Counted from the stretch's first letter, positions 28,786 through 39,641 are shown. The stretch: DNA of 64,000 nt from Treponemataceae bacterium (GCA_963678065.2 CAXXVZ010000004.1:704001-768000); one strand, 5' to 3'. A program made the numbers and translations. The notes: generated from the letters alone by a model not told the origin.

Positions 28786-30273
28786 ATGAGCGTTCTGAAT
28801 GTCCGGAACATCACCAAGGTCTTTCCCGGCACCAGGGCCCTGGACGATGTCTCGCTCTCCTTCGAAAGCGGCAAAGTCAACGCGCTGATCGGCAAAAACG
28901 GTTCCGGAAAATCCACCCTCGTCAAGATCATAAACGGGGCTTACAAGCCTGAAGGCGGGACTCTCGACATCGACGGGGTGGCGCTGAAATTCGAAAATCC
29001 TTCGGATGCCTTCGGCGCGGGTATAGCGACGGTCTATCAGGAAATGAGCCTGATACCGGGGCTTTCCGTCGCCGAAAACATACTGATCGGACGATATGAG
29101 ACAAAGGGAGCCTTCGTCGACTGGAAAAAAACCTACGCGAAGGCCCAGGCGCTTCTCGACGAGATGGGCATCGAGCTGCCCTTGCGGGAGCCTGTCGTCA
29201 ACCTGAATGTCTGGCAGTGTCAGGTCGTCGAAATCGTGAAGGCCATGAGCTGCCGCCCCAAGGTCATCCTCCTCGACGAGCCGACCTCGGCCCTCGCCCA
29301 GCAGGAGACGCAGATCCTGTTCAGACTCATCCGCGAGCTGAAGAAAAAAGACGTCATCATCATCTATATAACCCACAGGCTCCAGGAACTGTGGGAGATC
29401 GCGGACACGAGCACGGTTCTGCGCGACGGGAGACTGACCGGCACGATCGGGATGGAAGGCGCCCAGCACCGCGACATTCTCAAGCTCATGTTCGGAGATG
29501 TCGAGGTGAAGAAAAGACCCTCCGACCTCGCCATCTCCGGCGAAACCATCCTTGACATCACGAACTTCACGAGAAAACCCTGGTTCGAGGATATCTCCTT
29601 CACCCTGAAAAAGGGCGAGATACTCGGCATCGCCGGCATGCTCGGTTCCGGAAGGACGGAGCTTCTGCGCGCGATTTTCGGCGCCGACAGGGCCGATTCC
29701 GGCGACATCGTCCTCGACGGGAAAAAAATCGATGCCCCGAATCCGCGGCTCATGAACCGCGCGGGCCTCGCCTTCACGCCCGAGGACAGGAAGACCCAAG
29801 GCCTCGTCCAGATCCTCTCGATCAGGGACAACCTCTGTCACGCCTGCCTCGATCAGGTTTCCCCGGGCGGCTTCGTCAAGAGAAGACTCGAGAATGAATT
29901 CGCCGACAGGCAGGTCGGGGCTCTCGAGATCAAGACGACGGGAACGAGCCTTCCCATGACGAGCCTCTCGGGCGGCAACCAGCAGAAGGTCGTCGTCGGG
30001 AAGTGGCTCAACGCCTGCCCAAAAGTGATTTTCCTGGACGAGCCCTCGCGGGGAATCGACGTGAACGCCAAGCAGCAGATATTCCAGATCATCTGGGACC
30101 AGTCGCGCTGCGGGATTTCTTCGGTCGTCGTTTCCTCCGAGCTGGAAGAATTGCTGGAGGTCTGTCACAGGATCATCATCATGCGGCTCGGCCGCTTCGT
30201 CGGAGAGGTCAGTCCCGACGATATCACCATTGAACAACTCTATTCGCTGTGCATGGGAGGCGGCAAACAATGA
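28786..30273 (+). CDS. Sugar ABC ATP-binding protein (RbsA-like, tandem NBDs)
   Basis: GKNGSGKST, DEPTSAL, LSGGNQQK, DEPSRGID. Confidence 0.95.
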   Translation: MSVLNVRNITKVFPGTRALDDVSLSFESGKVNALIGKNGSGKSTLVKIINGAYKPEGGTLDIDGVALKFENPSDAFGAGIATVYQEMSLIPGLSVAENILIGRYETKGAFVDWKKTYAKAQALLDEMGIELPLREPVVNLNVWQCQVVEIVKAMSCRPKVILLDEPTSALAQQETQILFRLIRELKKKDVIIIYITHRLQELWEIADTSTVLRDGRLTGTIGMEGAQHRDILKLMFGDVEVKKRPSDLAISGETILDITNFTRKPWFEDISFTLKKGEILGIAGMLGSGRTELLRAIFGADRADSGDIVLDGKKIDAPNPRLMNRAGLAFTPEDRKTQGLVQILSIRDNLCHACLDQVSPGGFVKRRLENEFADRQVGALEIKTTGTSLPMTSLSGGNQQKVVVGKWLNACPKVIFLDEPSRGIDVNAKQQIFQIIWDQSRCGISSVVVSSELEELLEVCHRIIIMRLGRFVGEVSPDDITIEQLYSLCMGGGKQ

Positions 30274-31277
30274 AATCCGCAACACGGAACGGCTTCGATC
30301 TGTCGCGATTTTACAAAAAATACATGATGGAGCTCATTCTCTCCGTCATAACCCTCGTTCTCGTGGCCTTTGCGCCCGGCTTTTTCACGCTGCCCAACAT
30401 CCTCAACATTTTCCGCAACGTGGCGCTCGCGGGCGTGATCTCCTTCGGCATGACGATGACGATCATAGGCGGAGAGATCGACCTCTCTGTCGGTTCCTCA
30501 ATAGCCCTCTCGGCCGTACTCACCGCGACTGTCACGGGAGCGCTCGACAAGGCCGGAATACTGCCGATGAGTTCGGCCGTCATTGTCGCCATGGTTTGCG
30601 CCCTTCTCGTCGGCCTCCTGATAGGGCTCATCAACGGCTTCATCCGCACTAAGTTCAACATCCCCTCGTTCATCATCACGCTCGCCATGCTCAATGTGAT
30701 CTACGGCACGGCGGCCCTGATATCCAAGGGATTCCCCGTCACCACCCTCCCGGACTGGTACAACTGGATCGGCGCGGGAAGGTTATTCGGAATCTTCCCG
30801 GTGCCGGCGCTCTGGCTCCTCATAGCCTTCGTCGTCGTCTTCGTCATCATGAATCTGACGCGCTTCGGCCGCGAGGTCTACGCGGTCGGCGGCAATCCTG
30901 AATCGGCCCGCCTCTCCGGCATCAACGTGACCAAGGTCAAAATCATCATCCTCGTCGCCGTGCAGATACTCGCCGCCTTCTCCGGCATCATCCTCTCCGC
31001 GCAGGTCATGTCGGGCTCCTCGACCTTCGGCCGCGGCTACGAGATGGACGTCATCTCAGCCGTCATAATCGGCGGCGCGAGCCTCAATGGCGGCATCGGA
31101 AAAGTCTGGGGCACGATGATCGGCATAATCTTCCTCGGCGTGATCAACAACGGCATGACCCTGTTCGGCGTGGGCGACTTCGAAAAATACATCGTGCGCG
31201 GGCTCCTCATCCTCTTCGCCGTCCTTTTGAACACGATCCAGATTCAGAGCCTCCAGAAGGCCAAGATGACGAAATAG
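30270..31277 (+). CDS. Sugar ABC permease (RbsC-like)
   Basis: GEIDLSVG, GREVYAVGGN, YEMDVISAVIIGG; ATGA overlap. Confidence 0.95.
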   Translation: MKSATRNGFDLSRFYKKYMMELILSVITLVLVAFAPGFFTLPNILNIFRNVALAGVISFGMTMTIIGGEIDLSVGSSIALSAVLTATVTGALDKAGILPMSSAVIVAMVCALLVGLLIGLINGFIRTKFNIPSFIITLAMLNVIYGTAALISKGFPVTTLPDWYNWIGAGRLFGIFPVPALWLLIAFVVVFVIMNLTRFGREVYAVGGNPESARLSGINVTKVKIIILVAVQILAAFSGIILSAQVMSGSSTFGRGYEMDVISAVIIGGASLNGGIGKVWGTMIGIIFLGVINNGMTLFGVGDFEKYIVRGLLILFAVLLNTIQIQSLQKAKMTK

Positions 31278-31291
31278 CGCTTTCGGGGCGC

Positions 31292-32329
31292 GTGGAGGAA
31301 GACATGATGACGAGCCGCGAGAAAGTCAGATCGACGCTGGAATTCCGGAACACCTCGGGCAGCGTGCCGCGGCACATGTGGACCCTGCCCTGGGCGGAAA
31401 CGCGCTACCCCGCCGAGTTGGCCGACATCAGGCGCGATTTCCCCGACGATATCGTCCAGGTTCCGGAATCGCACACGCGTTATGCGATACCGCCCCGGAA
31501 ACAGGGAGACTGGTACGCCGAAGGGCGGTATGTCGACGAGTGGAGCTGCGTCTTCGAGAACATCCAACCAGGTCTCATAGGGGAGGTGAAGATCCCTCTC
31601 ATTCCCGCGGAAGACGAGGACTGGAACGCGGCCTCGCGGGTGCACATCCCCGTCGAATTGTTGAGCCTGGACAAAAAACTCGTGAACGAATACTGCGGGC
31701 ACAGCGAGCGCTTCGTTCTCGCGGGGGAGCTCGCGCGGCCATTCGAGCGCATGCAGTTCATACGAGGCACGGAAAACCTCCTGGTCGACATCGCCCTCGG
31801 GAACGCGGCCATGTACGCCTTCATGGAAGAGGTCCACGATTTCTTCAAGAGGCTCCTCACGGTCTGGGCGGAAACCGATGTCGACGGGCTCTTCTTCATG
31901 GACGACTGGGGCAGCCAGAGAAGCCTCCTCATCGATCCAGCCCTCTGGGTCAGGCTCGTCAAGCCGATGTACCGCGATTACGCCGATATAGCCCACAGCC
32001 ACGGAAAGAAAATCTTCTTCCATTCCGACGGCTATACGCTCGACATAATCCCCCACCTCATCGATGTCGGGATCGACGCCGCCAACCTCCAGATATTCTG
32101 TATCGGGCCGGAGAAGCTCGGACCCTACGCAGGGAAAATCACGTTCTGGGGCGAGATCGACAGGCAGGAAATACTGGCTTACGGGACGAAGGAGGATGTT
32201 CGTGCCGCGGTGGAGCGGGTCAGGCCCATCCTCTGGAAGGACGGCGGGGCGATAGCCCAGTGCGAGTTCGGGGCCGGGGCGAAGCCGGAAAACGTGCGCG
32301 AAGTCTTCGCGGCCTGGAACGGGGACTGA
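31292..32329 (+). CDS. URO-D/MtaA-like family protein
   Basis: MTSREKV, DEWSC, MDDWGSQ, FFHSDG, WGEIDRQ, AQCEFG; start could be 31304/31307. Confidence 0.88.
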   Translation: MEEDMMTSREKVRSTLEFRNTSGSVPRHMWTLPWAETRYPAELADIRRDFPDDIVQVPESHTRYAIPPRKQGDWYAEGRYVDEWSCVFENIQPGLIGEVKIPLIPAEDEDWNAASRVHIPVELLSLDKKLVNEYCGHSERFVLAGELARPFERMQFIRGTENLLVDIALGNAAMYAFMEEVHDFFKRLLTVWAETDVDGLFFMDDWGSQRSLLIDPALWVRLVKPMYRDYADIAHSHGKKIFFHSDGYTLDIIPHLIDVGIDAANLQIFCIGPEKLGPYAGKITFWGEIDRQEILAYGTKEDVRAAVERVRPILWKDGGAIAQCEFGAGAKPENVREVFAAWNGD

Positions 32330-32381
32330 AGGGCCGGCCGCAGCCAAAGCCGCACTCAAGCCGCGGCGGCCTGAATCCCCA

Positions 32382-33500
32382 TCAGAGCCGCGAAAGGTCG
32401 GCGGCTACCTCGACAGTGTGTCCCTTCGTCGAGGTGAAGGTGAAACCCTTGCGGCTGGGCGCGGCTTCCGCGACGCGGGAGAAATCGCGCGGGATGGCCA
32501 CGACTCCCTCCAGGTAGGGGAAGCGCGATGTCTCCTCGGGACGGAAGCTGTGGCAGGTCGGATAGCCGAGGCTGTTCATGTCGTTCGGACCCTGGCTCGT
32601 CCCCACCGTATCCGCGAAATACGAGGTGACGTCTTCGACGCCGAGCACGGCGGTGCGCCCGTTCCAGGGGAACTGATGGCGTCCACGGTTTTCCATCCAC
32701 AGAAGCGTCGAACCGAATTTCCGCGAACTCTTCAGCGAATACCAGGCGAAGCCCTCCTCCGGATAGGCCGCGAAGCTCCAGGCGATGTCCTCGGAGGGGC
32801 TGCGCCACGCCGAAACCAGGTCGACGAAGCCCTCGACGCGGGGGAAGGTCGTGCAGTCGGAAAAGCTGCCGGCCAGCGTGGGCACGCGAGAGAGCGAGGC
32901 TGCGCGGACGCCCGGAAGCAGGTCGTAGTATTCGCCGCCCGAGTACTGGAGGACCGAGCGCGGCATGACGCGCAGGGTCTCGTAGGAGCTCAGCGAGAGG
33001 TACATCCGCCCCGCGAAGGGCATCCTGAGATTGGGGTGGTATCCCACGGGATAATCCCCGGACACGCCCTCGACCGCGACCTCGGTGAAGATCGAGGAGT
33101 TCGCTTCGTCGATCTCGACTGTCTTGAGAGCCATTCCTCCGACATCTTTCGGCTTGATCGAGAGGACAATGCGGTCGCCTGAATCCTTGCGCTCCGCGTA
33201 CTCGAAGGTCCAAGGCTCCGAGGCCACGTCGCCGTGCGCGCGGAAAATGCGTCCGTCCTGCGAAAGTCCACCACCGCCGAAGGGCAGGCAGAAGAAGTTG
33301 CCGCGAAGAGGCCTGAGCACGCCAGCGCCGAGCGCGAGCCCCTCGCCCTGCCAGGGCGAGACGAAGTAGGGATTGACCGGCTTCGTGCCGAGAGTGAATG
33401 TGACGGGAGCGAGATGGGCTCCCTCCTCGGTCATCGTCGCCTCGATCGAAGAGCCGGCGTAGCGGAAGCCGCCCGATATTTTTGTCCAGTTGCTGTCCAT
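32382..33500 (-). CDS. Hypothetical protein, probable galactose-mutarotase-like beta-sandwich
   Basis: LRGNFFCLPFG, AHG, YHP, WMENRGR, LGVED; start at 33500 supported by TTGCGG-17-TATCAT-6 nt-ATG. Confidence 0.6.
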   Translation of the reverse strand: MDSNWTKISGGFRYAGSSIEATMTEEGAHLAPVTFTLGTKPVNPYFVSPWQGEGLALGAGVLRPLRGNFFCLPFGGGGLSQDGRIFRAHGDVASEPWTFEYAERKDSGDRIVLSIKPKDVGGMALKTVEIDEANSSIFTEVAVEGVSGDYPVGYHPNLRMPFAGRMYLSLSSYETLRVMPRSVLQYSGGEYYDLLPGVRAASLSRVPTLAGSFSDCTTFPRVEGFVDLVSAWRSPSEDIAWSFAAYPEEGFAWYSLKSSRKFGSTLLWMENRGRHQFPWNGRTAVLGVEDVTSYFADTVGTSQGPNDMNSLGYPTCHSFRPEETSRFPYLEGVVAIPRDFSRVAEAAPSRKGFTFTSTKGHTVEVAADLSRL

Positions 33501-33717
33501 GGCAGGATGATACCCACGCGGCATCCGCGCCGCAAGGTGCCGAATTGCCTCATCGATGTTCAAACCCAAAGGGATCGTTGCCTCAGCGAAATTCAAACCC
33601 GCGGGGACGTAGCGACTCGACGCTTTCACGCTGATTTTTTTCACCATTTTTCCGAACAGCGGTTATAATCACATATCGAACCAGAGTTTCATCGAACGGA
33701 ACAAAAAGGGAGGAACG

Positions 33718-35574
33718 ATGAAAATTCCGGCGTATGTGGTCCACAAGGGACTCGCGAGCTGGGTGGCGGAGATGGCCGATCTGTGCAAGCCGATGCACGT
33801 ACACTGGTGCGACGGTTCCGAGGCGGAGAACGAGGCCATCTGCAATTCGCTGGTGGAGTCCGGAACGTTCATCAGGCTCAATCCGGAAAAAAGGCCGGGG
33901 AGCTTCCTGGCCAGGTCCGATCCAGGCGATGTTGCGCGTGTGGAGGATAGGACTTTCATCTGTTCGCGCCGCCGCGTCGAGGCTGGGCCGACGAACAACT
34001 GGAAGGACCCCAAGGAGATGCGCGCGATCCTGCGCCGCCTCTTCGACGGCTGCATGCAGGGGCGCACCATGTATGTCGTTCCCTTCAGCATGGGCCCCCT
34101 CGGATCGCCGCTCTCTCACATCGGGGTCGAACTGACGGACTCCCCCTATGTCGTCGCGAGCATGCGCATCATGACGAGGATGGGCCGCAGGGTCCTCGAG
34201 CTGCTCGGATCCGACGCCGAGTTCGTGCCCTGCGTGCACTCGGTGGGCATGCCCCTCGGGCCCGGGCAGGCCGACGTTCCCTGGCCCTGCAACAGGGATC
34301 ACAAATACATCGTGCACTTCCCTGAGGACCGCGAAATCTGGTCCTACGGGTCGGGCTACGGCGGCAACGCCCTCCTCGGGAAAAAATGCTTCGCCCTCAG
34401 GATCGCCTCCGTCATCGCGCGGGACCAGGGCTGGCTCGCCGAGCACATGCTGATCCTCGGCGTGGAATCGCCCGAGGGCGAGAAAACCTACATCGCAGGC
34501 GCCTTCCCGAGCGCCTGCGGCAAGACGAATTTCGCCATGCTGATTCCGCCGGAAGCCTTCAGCGGATGGAAGGTCACGACAGTGGGCGACGACATCGCCT
34601 GGATCAAGCCGGCTCAGGACGGCAGACTTTTCGCGATCAATCCCGAGGCCGGCTATTTTGGCGTCGCGCCCGGAACATCCGAAAGATCCAATCCGAACGC
34701 CATGGCGACGATTCGCGCAAACACCATCTTCACCAACACGGCCCTCACCGCAGATGGCGACGTGTGGTGGGAGGGCATGACAAAGACTCCGCCGGAGGGC
34801 CTCGTCGACTGGCAGGGCGAAGCCTGGAGTCCCGATTCCAGATCGCCCGCTTCACACCCCAACGCTCGCTTCGCGGCTCCGGCGAGCCAAAACCCTTCGA
34901 TAGATCCCGACTGGGAGAATCCCTCGGGCGTCCCCATAAAGGCCTTCGTGTTCGGCGGCAGGCGGAGCGCGATCGTCCCCCTCGTCTATCAATCCTTCAA
35001 CTGGATCTACGGTGTCTATCTCGCTGCGACCATGGGCTCGGAGACGACGGCTGCGGCTTCGAGCGCGGTCGGGCAGGTAAGGCGTGATCCTTTCGCCATG
35101 CTGCCTTTCTGCGGCTACCATATGGCCGCATATTTCAATTACTGGCTCCGGTTCGGCCGCATGATCCAGAACCCACCGCGCATTTTCGGCGTGAACTGGT
35201 TCCGCAAAGACGCCGAGGGCAACTTTCTGTGGCCCGGTTTCGGGGAGAACATCCGCGTGCTCAAGTGGATCGTCGAGCGGGCGAACAATCACGCAAAGGG
35301 CGTGGAGAGCCCGATTGGCTGGATGCCCCGCTATGAGGATCTCTGCTGGAAGGGACTCGAAGACTTTGGCCACGAACGCTTCAACGAACTCATGGCCATC
35401 GACAGGGAATCGTGGGTAAGCGAAATACTCTCGCACGAAGAGCTGTTCACGAAGCTCTATGACAGGCTCCCGAAGGAACTGATCTTCATCCGCGAACTCA
35501 CTTTATCCAGCCTCTGGCGCTCGCCGGGGCATTGGGAGTTCGACAAGAACCTGATGGAGCCGACCGAGGATTGA
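33718..35574 (+). CDS. pckG: Phosphoenolpyruvate carboxykinase (GTP)
   Basis: [47 protein letters not shown]. Confidence 0.97.
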   Translation: MKIPAYVVHKGLASWVAEMADLCKPMHVHWCDGSEAENEAICNSLVESGTFIRLNPEKRPGSFLARSDPGDVARVEDRTFICSRRRVEAGPTNNWKDPKEMRAILRRLFDGCMQGRTMYVVPFSMGPLGSPLSHIGVELTDSPYVVASMRIMTRMGRRVLELLGSDAEFVPCVHSVGMPLGPGQADVPWPCNRDHKYIVHFPEDREIWSYGSGYGGNALLGKKCFALRIASVIARDQGWLAEHMLILGVESPEGEKTYIAGAFPSACGKTNFAMLIPPEAFSGWKVTTVGDDIAWIKPAQDGRLFAINPEAGYFGVAPGTSERSNPNAMATIRANTIFTNTALTADGDVWWEGMTKTPPEGLVDWQGEAWSPDSRSPASHPNARFAAPASQNPSIDPDWENPSGVPIKAFVFGGRRSAIVPLVYQSFNWIYGVYLAATMGSETTAAASSAVGQVRRDPFAMLPFCGYHMAAYFNYWLRFGRMIQNPPRIFGVNWFRKDAEGNFLWPGFGENIRVLKWIVERANNHAKGVESPIGWMPRYEDLCWKGLEDFGHERFNELMAIDRESWVSEILSHEELFTKLYDRLPKELIFIRELTLSSLWRSPGHWEFDKNLMEPTED

Positions 35575-35607
35575 CGAAGGACCCGGAAACCCTTGCACGG
35601 CCACGCA

Positions 35608-35634
35608 CCTTTCTCCGCGCCTCGCGGGGAAAGG
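35608..35634. terminator. Hairpin between convergent pckG and DAGK genes
   Basis: CCTTTCTCCGCG-CCT-CGCGGGGAAAGG. Confidence 0.55.
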
Positions 35635-35653
35635 CGGCGAGTCCGTTGCCCTG

Positions 35654-36718
35654 TCAGGCGGGCACGAGGACGTTGTAGAGGCCGGGGAACCTCTCTATGG
35701 TGAGGGGAAAATCGGAAGCCTCCAGCTTCGTGGCCTCGCCGTCGCACTGGAGAATTATCCGTTCCGGGTAGTCGACGAGGAGACGCTCCGCGCTGAAATG
35801 TCCGACCTCGGGGACCTTTTCATGTCGTCCCTTCTCGATGGCGCTCTTGGCGGCGAGTTTCCTCCAGAGGCTGGTCTGCGCGACGAAACAGACGTTGTCC
35901 TCGCCGGGCAGGATTTTCTTGTTCGATCCGTACTGCCTGTTGCCGGAGGCTCCCATGGCGAGGAGAAGGTAGGCGCGCGGCGAATGGAGCCTCCGCATTC
36001 CCCTCGCATCCCAGGACTGTATTCCCATGGGGAGGACCTTGTAGACCCGGTCGTACATGACGGAAGCGAGATCGACCATGAGCTTGTAGGAATCTCCCGG
36101 GAAGAGGGCCTTGAGTCGATTTGTCATGTGGGAGACATAGGCATCGAGCCCGATGCTCGCGATGTTGAAGGCCCAGGAAGGTTTCTTGCCGCCTTCCGGG
36201 GCTGGAGTGACGCGGAGGGAATGCCGGGATTCGAAACGCGCGGGAGCGAGGAAACGCCCGAGCGCGGTACAGAGATCCCTGCCCTCGGAGCCGTCGTTCC
36301 CCGTCCCCATGGGAAGTCTGAGAATTCCGAAGCGCGGGCGCTCCGCCGAGGGAATGTCGACGAGACGGGCGGCAGTTTCCAGGGAGGTGCCGTCCCCTCC
36401 GGCCGTCATGAGAAGGCGGAGGTCCTCGGGAGAATCGCCGGCGCTCTCCGAAATGATGCGGTCCGCGATATCGAAGGCATGCCCCGAACGCTCGGTCAGA
36501 TGGAGGCGGAAATCCACGGCCGCGCCGCGAGCGGGCAGGTTCGCCGATGACCTGAGGACCTCCTCGAGCTCTCGGCGCCGCTTAAGGGCGAAACGCGGCC
36601 TGACAAAGCCGCCGGCCTTGGGGTTGGCTATGAGGTCGACTTTGAGCTTCCTGCCGGGGAATATCGGGGTCCTGCGAAGAAGGGATTCTATGCCTTCGGC
36701 CAGATCATGTGGGCGCAT
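35654..36718 (-). CDS. Diacylglycerol/lipid kinase family protein (DAGKc)
   Basis: IANPKAG, AGGDGT, LPMGTGND, QCDGE. Confidence 0.88.
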   Translation of the reverse strand: MRPHDLAEGIESLLRRTPIFPGRKLKVDLIANPKAGGFVRPRFALKRRRELEEVLRSSANLPARGAAVDFRLHLTERSGHAFDIADRIISESAGDSPEDLRLLMTAGGDGTSLETAARLVDIPSAERPRFGILRLPMGTGNDGSEGRDLCTALGRFLAPARFESRHSLRVTPAPEGGKKPSWAFNIASIGLDAYVSHMTNRLKALFPGDSYKLMVDLASVMYDRVYKVLPMGIQSWDARGMRRLHSPRAYLLLAMGASGNRQYGSNKKILPGEDNVCFVAQTSLWRKLAAKSAIEKGRHEKVPEVGHFSAERLLVDYPERIILQCDGEATKLEASDFPLTIERFPGLYNVLVPA

Positions 36719-36896
36719 GGTGTGGCAGTGTAATACGGCGCGCGGCGAGTGTCCAGAATGCGGAATGGCAACAGCATTCCGGCATTTCGACGCCGACAAT
36801 AGATACGCCATTTTGCCTTGGAAACGTATCTTTTTTGTCCCTGAAACGTGAACACTCTCCTAGTCTTTTGTGCGAGGGCGCTGTTCAATAGGAACA

Positions 36897-38516
36897 ATGA
36901 GAAAGCGCAGAATGATTCCACGCACCAGCGCAAATAGGAGCAGCTCGTCTACGGCGGGCGGACAGCTCCGGTATGCCTTCGATGTGGTATACGGTTCAGG
37001 TCTCGGCGTGTTTCTGGATAGCATCTTTATCGGCACAGTCGCGGGTTTCGTCATAGCGGGATTCCGTCTGCTGCTCGAGCTGGCGGATGGACTGCGTCGT
37101 GATGTGTACGACCATCTGCGAAATGCAGGCTTTCCCCTCGTGGTGGGGTGGGCCTGCATCCTGATCCTCATCGGTATCCTTCTGGGATGGATGAGCCAAA
37201 GAAGACCCATGATCAAGGGGAGCGGGATTCCCCAGATCAAAGGGGCCCTTCAGCGGAAAATGCACATGGAGTGGCTCCCTGAACTGCCGATGAAGATCGT
37301 TGGCGCCATACTTGCCATAGGTAGCGGGTTATCGCTCGGGAGGGAAGGACCATCGATACAAATAGGATCCTATGTCGGCCGCGCATTTCTCGGCATCGGA
37401 AGGAGACCGACTATCGAACGAAAATTCCTCATAACAAGCGGGGCAGCCGCAGGGCTTTCGGCGGCCTTCAGCGCGCCTCTCGCAGGTGTACTCTTCGTGC
37501 TCGAGGAGTTGAACAGATATTTCTCCCCACTGCTTCTATCCTGCGCCATGGGGGCCTCAGTCGCAGGCGATTTCGTGGCGAGTCGGTTTTTCGGACTGAA
37601 ACCGGTATTCGATTTCCACACCATCGACCCAGTTCCCTTGGGCATGCTGCCTGCCGTGATTATGCTTGGGGTTCTGTGCGCCTTCGCAGGCGATCTCTTC
37701 AAACGTTCGCTTTATTTTGCCCAGGATATGTACACCAAACTGCGCATTCCGGCCGTACTGCGCCCTTGTCTCGCCCTGCTGTGCTCGATTCCCGTAGGGC
37801 TCTATCTATTCAGGGTTACGGGCGGCGGTCACGCCCTCATAGAAGAGCTGGCGAATGAAAAGCTAGATATTCTGTTCCTCATCCTTCTTTTTGCCGCGAA
37901 ACTTTCCTTCTCCGCCATCTCCTATGGATCCGGAGCCGCAGGCGGTATTTTCCTTCCACTTCTTGCCTGCGGGGCGTTGTTCGGTGAAATATACGGCAAG
38001 GCTCTCACAGGCATCGGACTCATTCCGGATCATGTCATCCTGAATTTCATGATACTCGGCATGGCAGGAATGTTTTCCAGCGTCGTGAGGGCTCCCGTGA
38101 CGGGAGCGGTTCTCATCCTCGAAATGTGCGGCAATTTCAACCATTTTTCGGGTCTCATAGCCTGCTGTCTGGCCGCATACGTGGTGGGCGACCTCATTCA
38201 GTCGACTTCCGTGTACGATGTACTTCTCCAAAGGATACTGGCCGGCAAGCCGCAACCCGAGAAGCATATTCCCGGACGAAATATCATTCTGGATCTGCCC
38301 GTAGCATCGGGCTCGGTCATCTGCAACAAACAGATCAAGGCTATAGATTGGCCTCGCGACTGTCTTATCGCCGGCGTCGAACGCGGGGAATCCGACATCA
38401 TCCCCAAAGGAGATGTAGTGCTCCGCGCCGGCGACCTTCTTCTCGTTCTTGTACCCGAACATAATGCCGATGTTGCGCTGGAGAAACTCGAAGGAATGGT
38501 TCGAGGTATCGATTGA
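36897..38516 (+). CDS. ClC-family H+/Cl- antiporter with C-terminal TrkA-C (RCK_C) domain
   Basis: GSGIP, GREGP, GGIFLP; C-terminal IIPKGDVVLRAGD; start approximate. Confidence 0.92.
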   Translation: MRKRRMIPRTSANRSSSSTAGGQLRYAFDVVYGSGLGVFLDSIFIGTVAGFVIAGFRLLLELADGLRRDVYDHLRNAGFPLVVGWACILILIGILLGWMSQRRPMIKGSGIPQIKGALQRKMHMEWLPELPMKIVGAILAIGSGLSLGREGPSIQIGSYVGRAFLGIGRRPTIERKFLITSGAAAGLSAAFSAPLAGVLFVLEELNRYFSPLLLSCAMGASVAGDFVASRFFGLKPVFDFHTIDPVPLGMLPAVIMLGVLCAFAGDLFKRSLYFAQDMYTKLRIPAVLRPCLALLCSIPVGLYLFRVTGGGHALIEELANEKLDILFLILLFAAKLSFSAISYGSGAAGGIFLPLLACGALFGEIYGKALTGIGLIPDHVILNFMILGMAGMFSSVVRAPVTGAVLILEMCGNFNHFSGLIACCLAAYVVGDLIQSTSVYDVLLQRILAGKPQPEKHIPGRNIILDLPVASGSVICNKQIKAIDWPRDCLIAGVERGESDIIPKGDVVLRAGDLLLVLVPEHNADVALEKLEGMVRGID

Positions 38517-38536
38517 TACAAAAGGATGACGATAGC

Positions 38537-39625
38537 TTATGCCGGACAGTCTTTCAGACACAGGGTGGAGAGAAAAATGCCCGCGGCAAGCATGTCGGCC
38601 GATCCACCGGGGCTCAAGTTTCTCTCACAACAGTCTTTGTCGAGGAGACAGAGGAATCGACGACCTTCGACTGACCGCGCACCTCCCGCCGCAAGGACAG
38701 CCGCCGCGTGACTCTGGACAAATGCGAGCCCTTCCGGTCCACCGCGGGCGAGAAGGCAGGAGTCTTCCAGTACGGACATCGAAGCCAGTAGGGCATCGAG
38801 CCGGAGAGACTCTTGCTCATGCGACAATCCATTCCGAGCGAGGCTTACGGCAAGGTCGGAGCCACCTTCCTGAAGGCGGGGGAGGACTGCGCTCCTGAGG
38901 ACGGGAAAGCCTGCCTCGGCCTCTCCGCGGATGCCTTTGACGCCGAATCGCAGATACAGCTTCTCTCCCGCGGTTAGGCACCCTCCGGAATTCCTGGAAT
39001 TTTCCGGACCGCTTTCCCGGCTTCCGCCCATAGCGACGGCATGGATGCCGGAAAAATCGAGGGCGGTGACACCCTTGCAAATGCGGCCTGCGAGAAAACA
39101 GATTTCCGCGAGGCCGGATGGATTTTCGTTCTGTCCTTTACTCGAGGCAACGGAAAGACCGGCAGCGGCACAGAGCAGGCCGAGTGTGAAAATGGCGCCT
39201 TTGTGCGTGTTGACCCCCCCCGTTGCGCGGAACATCACAAACTCGGCTTCACGCCCCAGCGCGCGGAGATCACTGAAGAGTATGGGGAAGGCAGGATCGG
39301 CCTCTGCGTTCAGCCTCGCCCCGAAATTGTATCCTGCCATGGCGCAGGCCGAAAAATATGAACCAAGAGAATGCGCCGAGACAAGAAACATCGGATAATC
39401 CATGTCCCGGTGGGCGCCATTGTGAAAAGGATCGACAAGGCCAGGCTTGGGAGCTGTCTTTGCCTCCTCGCAGAGGGCCCGAACCGCGGCCTCACCGACA
39501 ACGTCCCCGATTCGGAACGCCGCCCGCGGAAATCCGGCGGAGTCGTCTATCCCGGAAAAAGAAAAGCCGGGGCCCGGCGATGCGGACTCCGGCTGGAGAG
39601 GCGATGGACGGAAAAGTGAAGTCAC
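38537..39625 (-). CDS. citG: Triphosphoribosyl-dephospho-CoA synthase
   Basis: PKPGLVD, GAHRDMD, GVNTHKG, GIRGEA, NLSPGGSADML; start approximate. Confidence 0.92.
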   Translation of the reverse strand: MTSLFRPSPLQPESASPGPGFSFSGIDDSAGFPRAAFRIGDVVGEAAVRALCEEAKTAPKPGLVDPFHNGAHRDMDYPMFLVSAHSLGSYFSACAMAGYNFGARLNAEADPAFPILFSDLRALGREAEFVMFRATGGVNTHKGAIFTLGLLCAAAGLSVASSKGQNENPSGLAEICFLAGRICKGVTALDFSGIHAVAMGGSRESGPENSRNSGGCLTAGEKLYLRFGVKGIRGEAEAGFPVLRSAVLPRLQEGGSDLAVSLARNGLSHEQESLRLDALLASMSVLEDSCLLARGGPEGLAFVQSHAAAVLAAGGARSVEGRRFLCLLDKDCCERNLSPGGSADMLAAGIFLSTLCLKDCPA

Positions 39626-39641
39626 CTGTGCACAGCCTTTA

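Noticed and set aside
36720..38516. Fluoride riboswitch / CLC-F fluoride exporter
   Set aside because: GSGIP and GREGP are chloride-type signatures, and I saw no riboswitch consensus upstream
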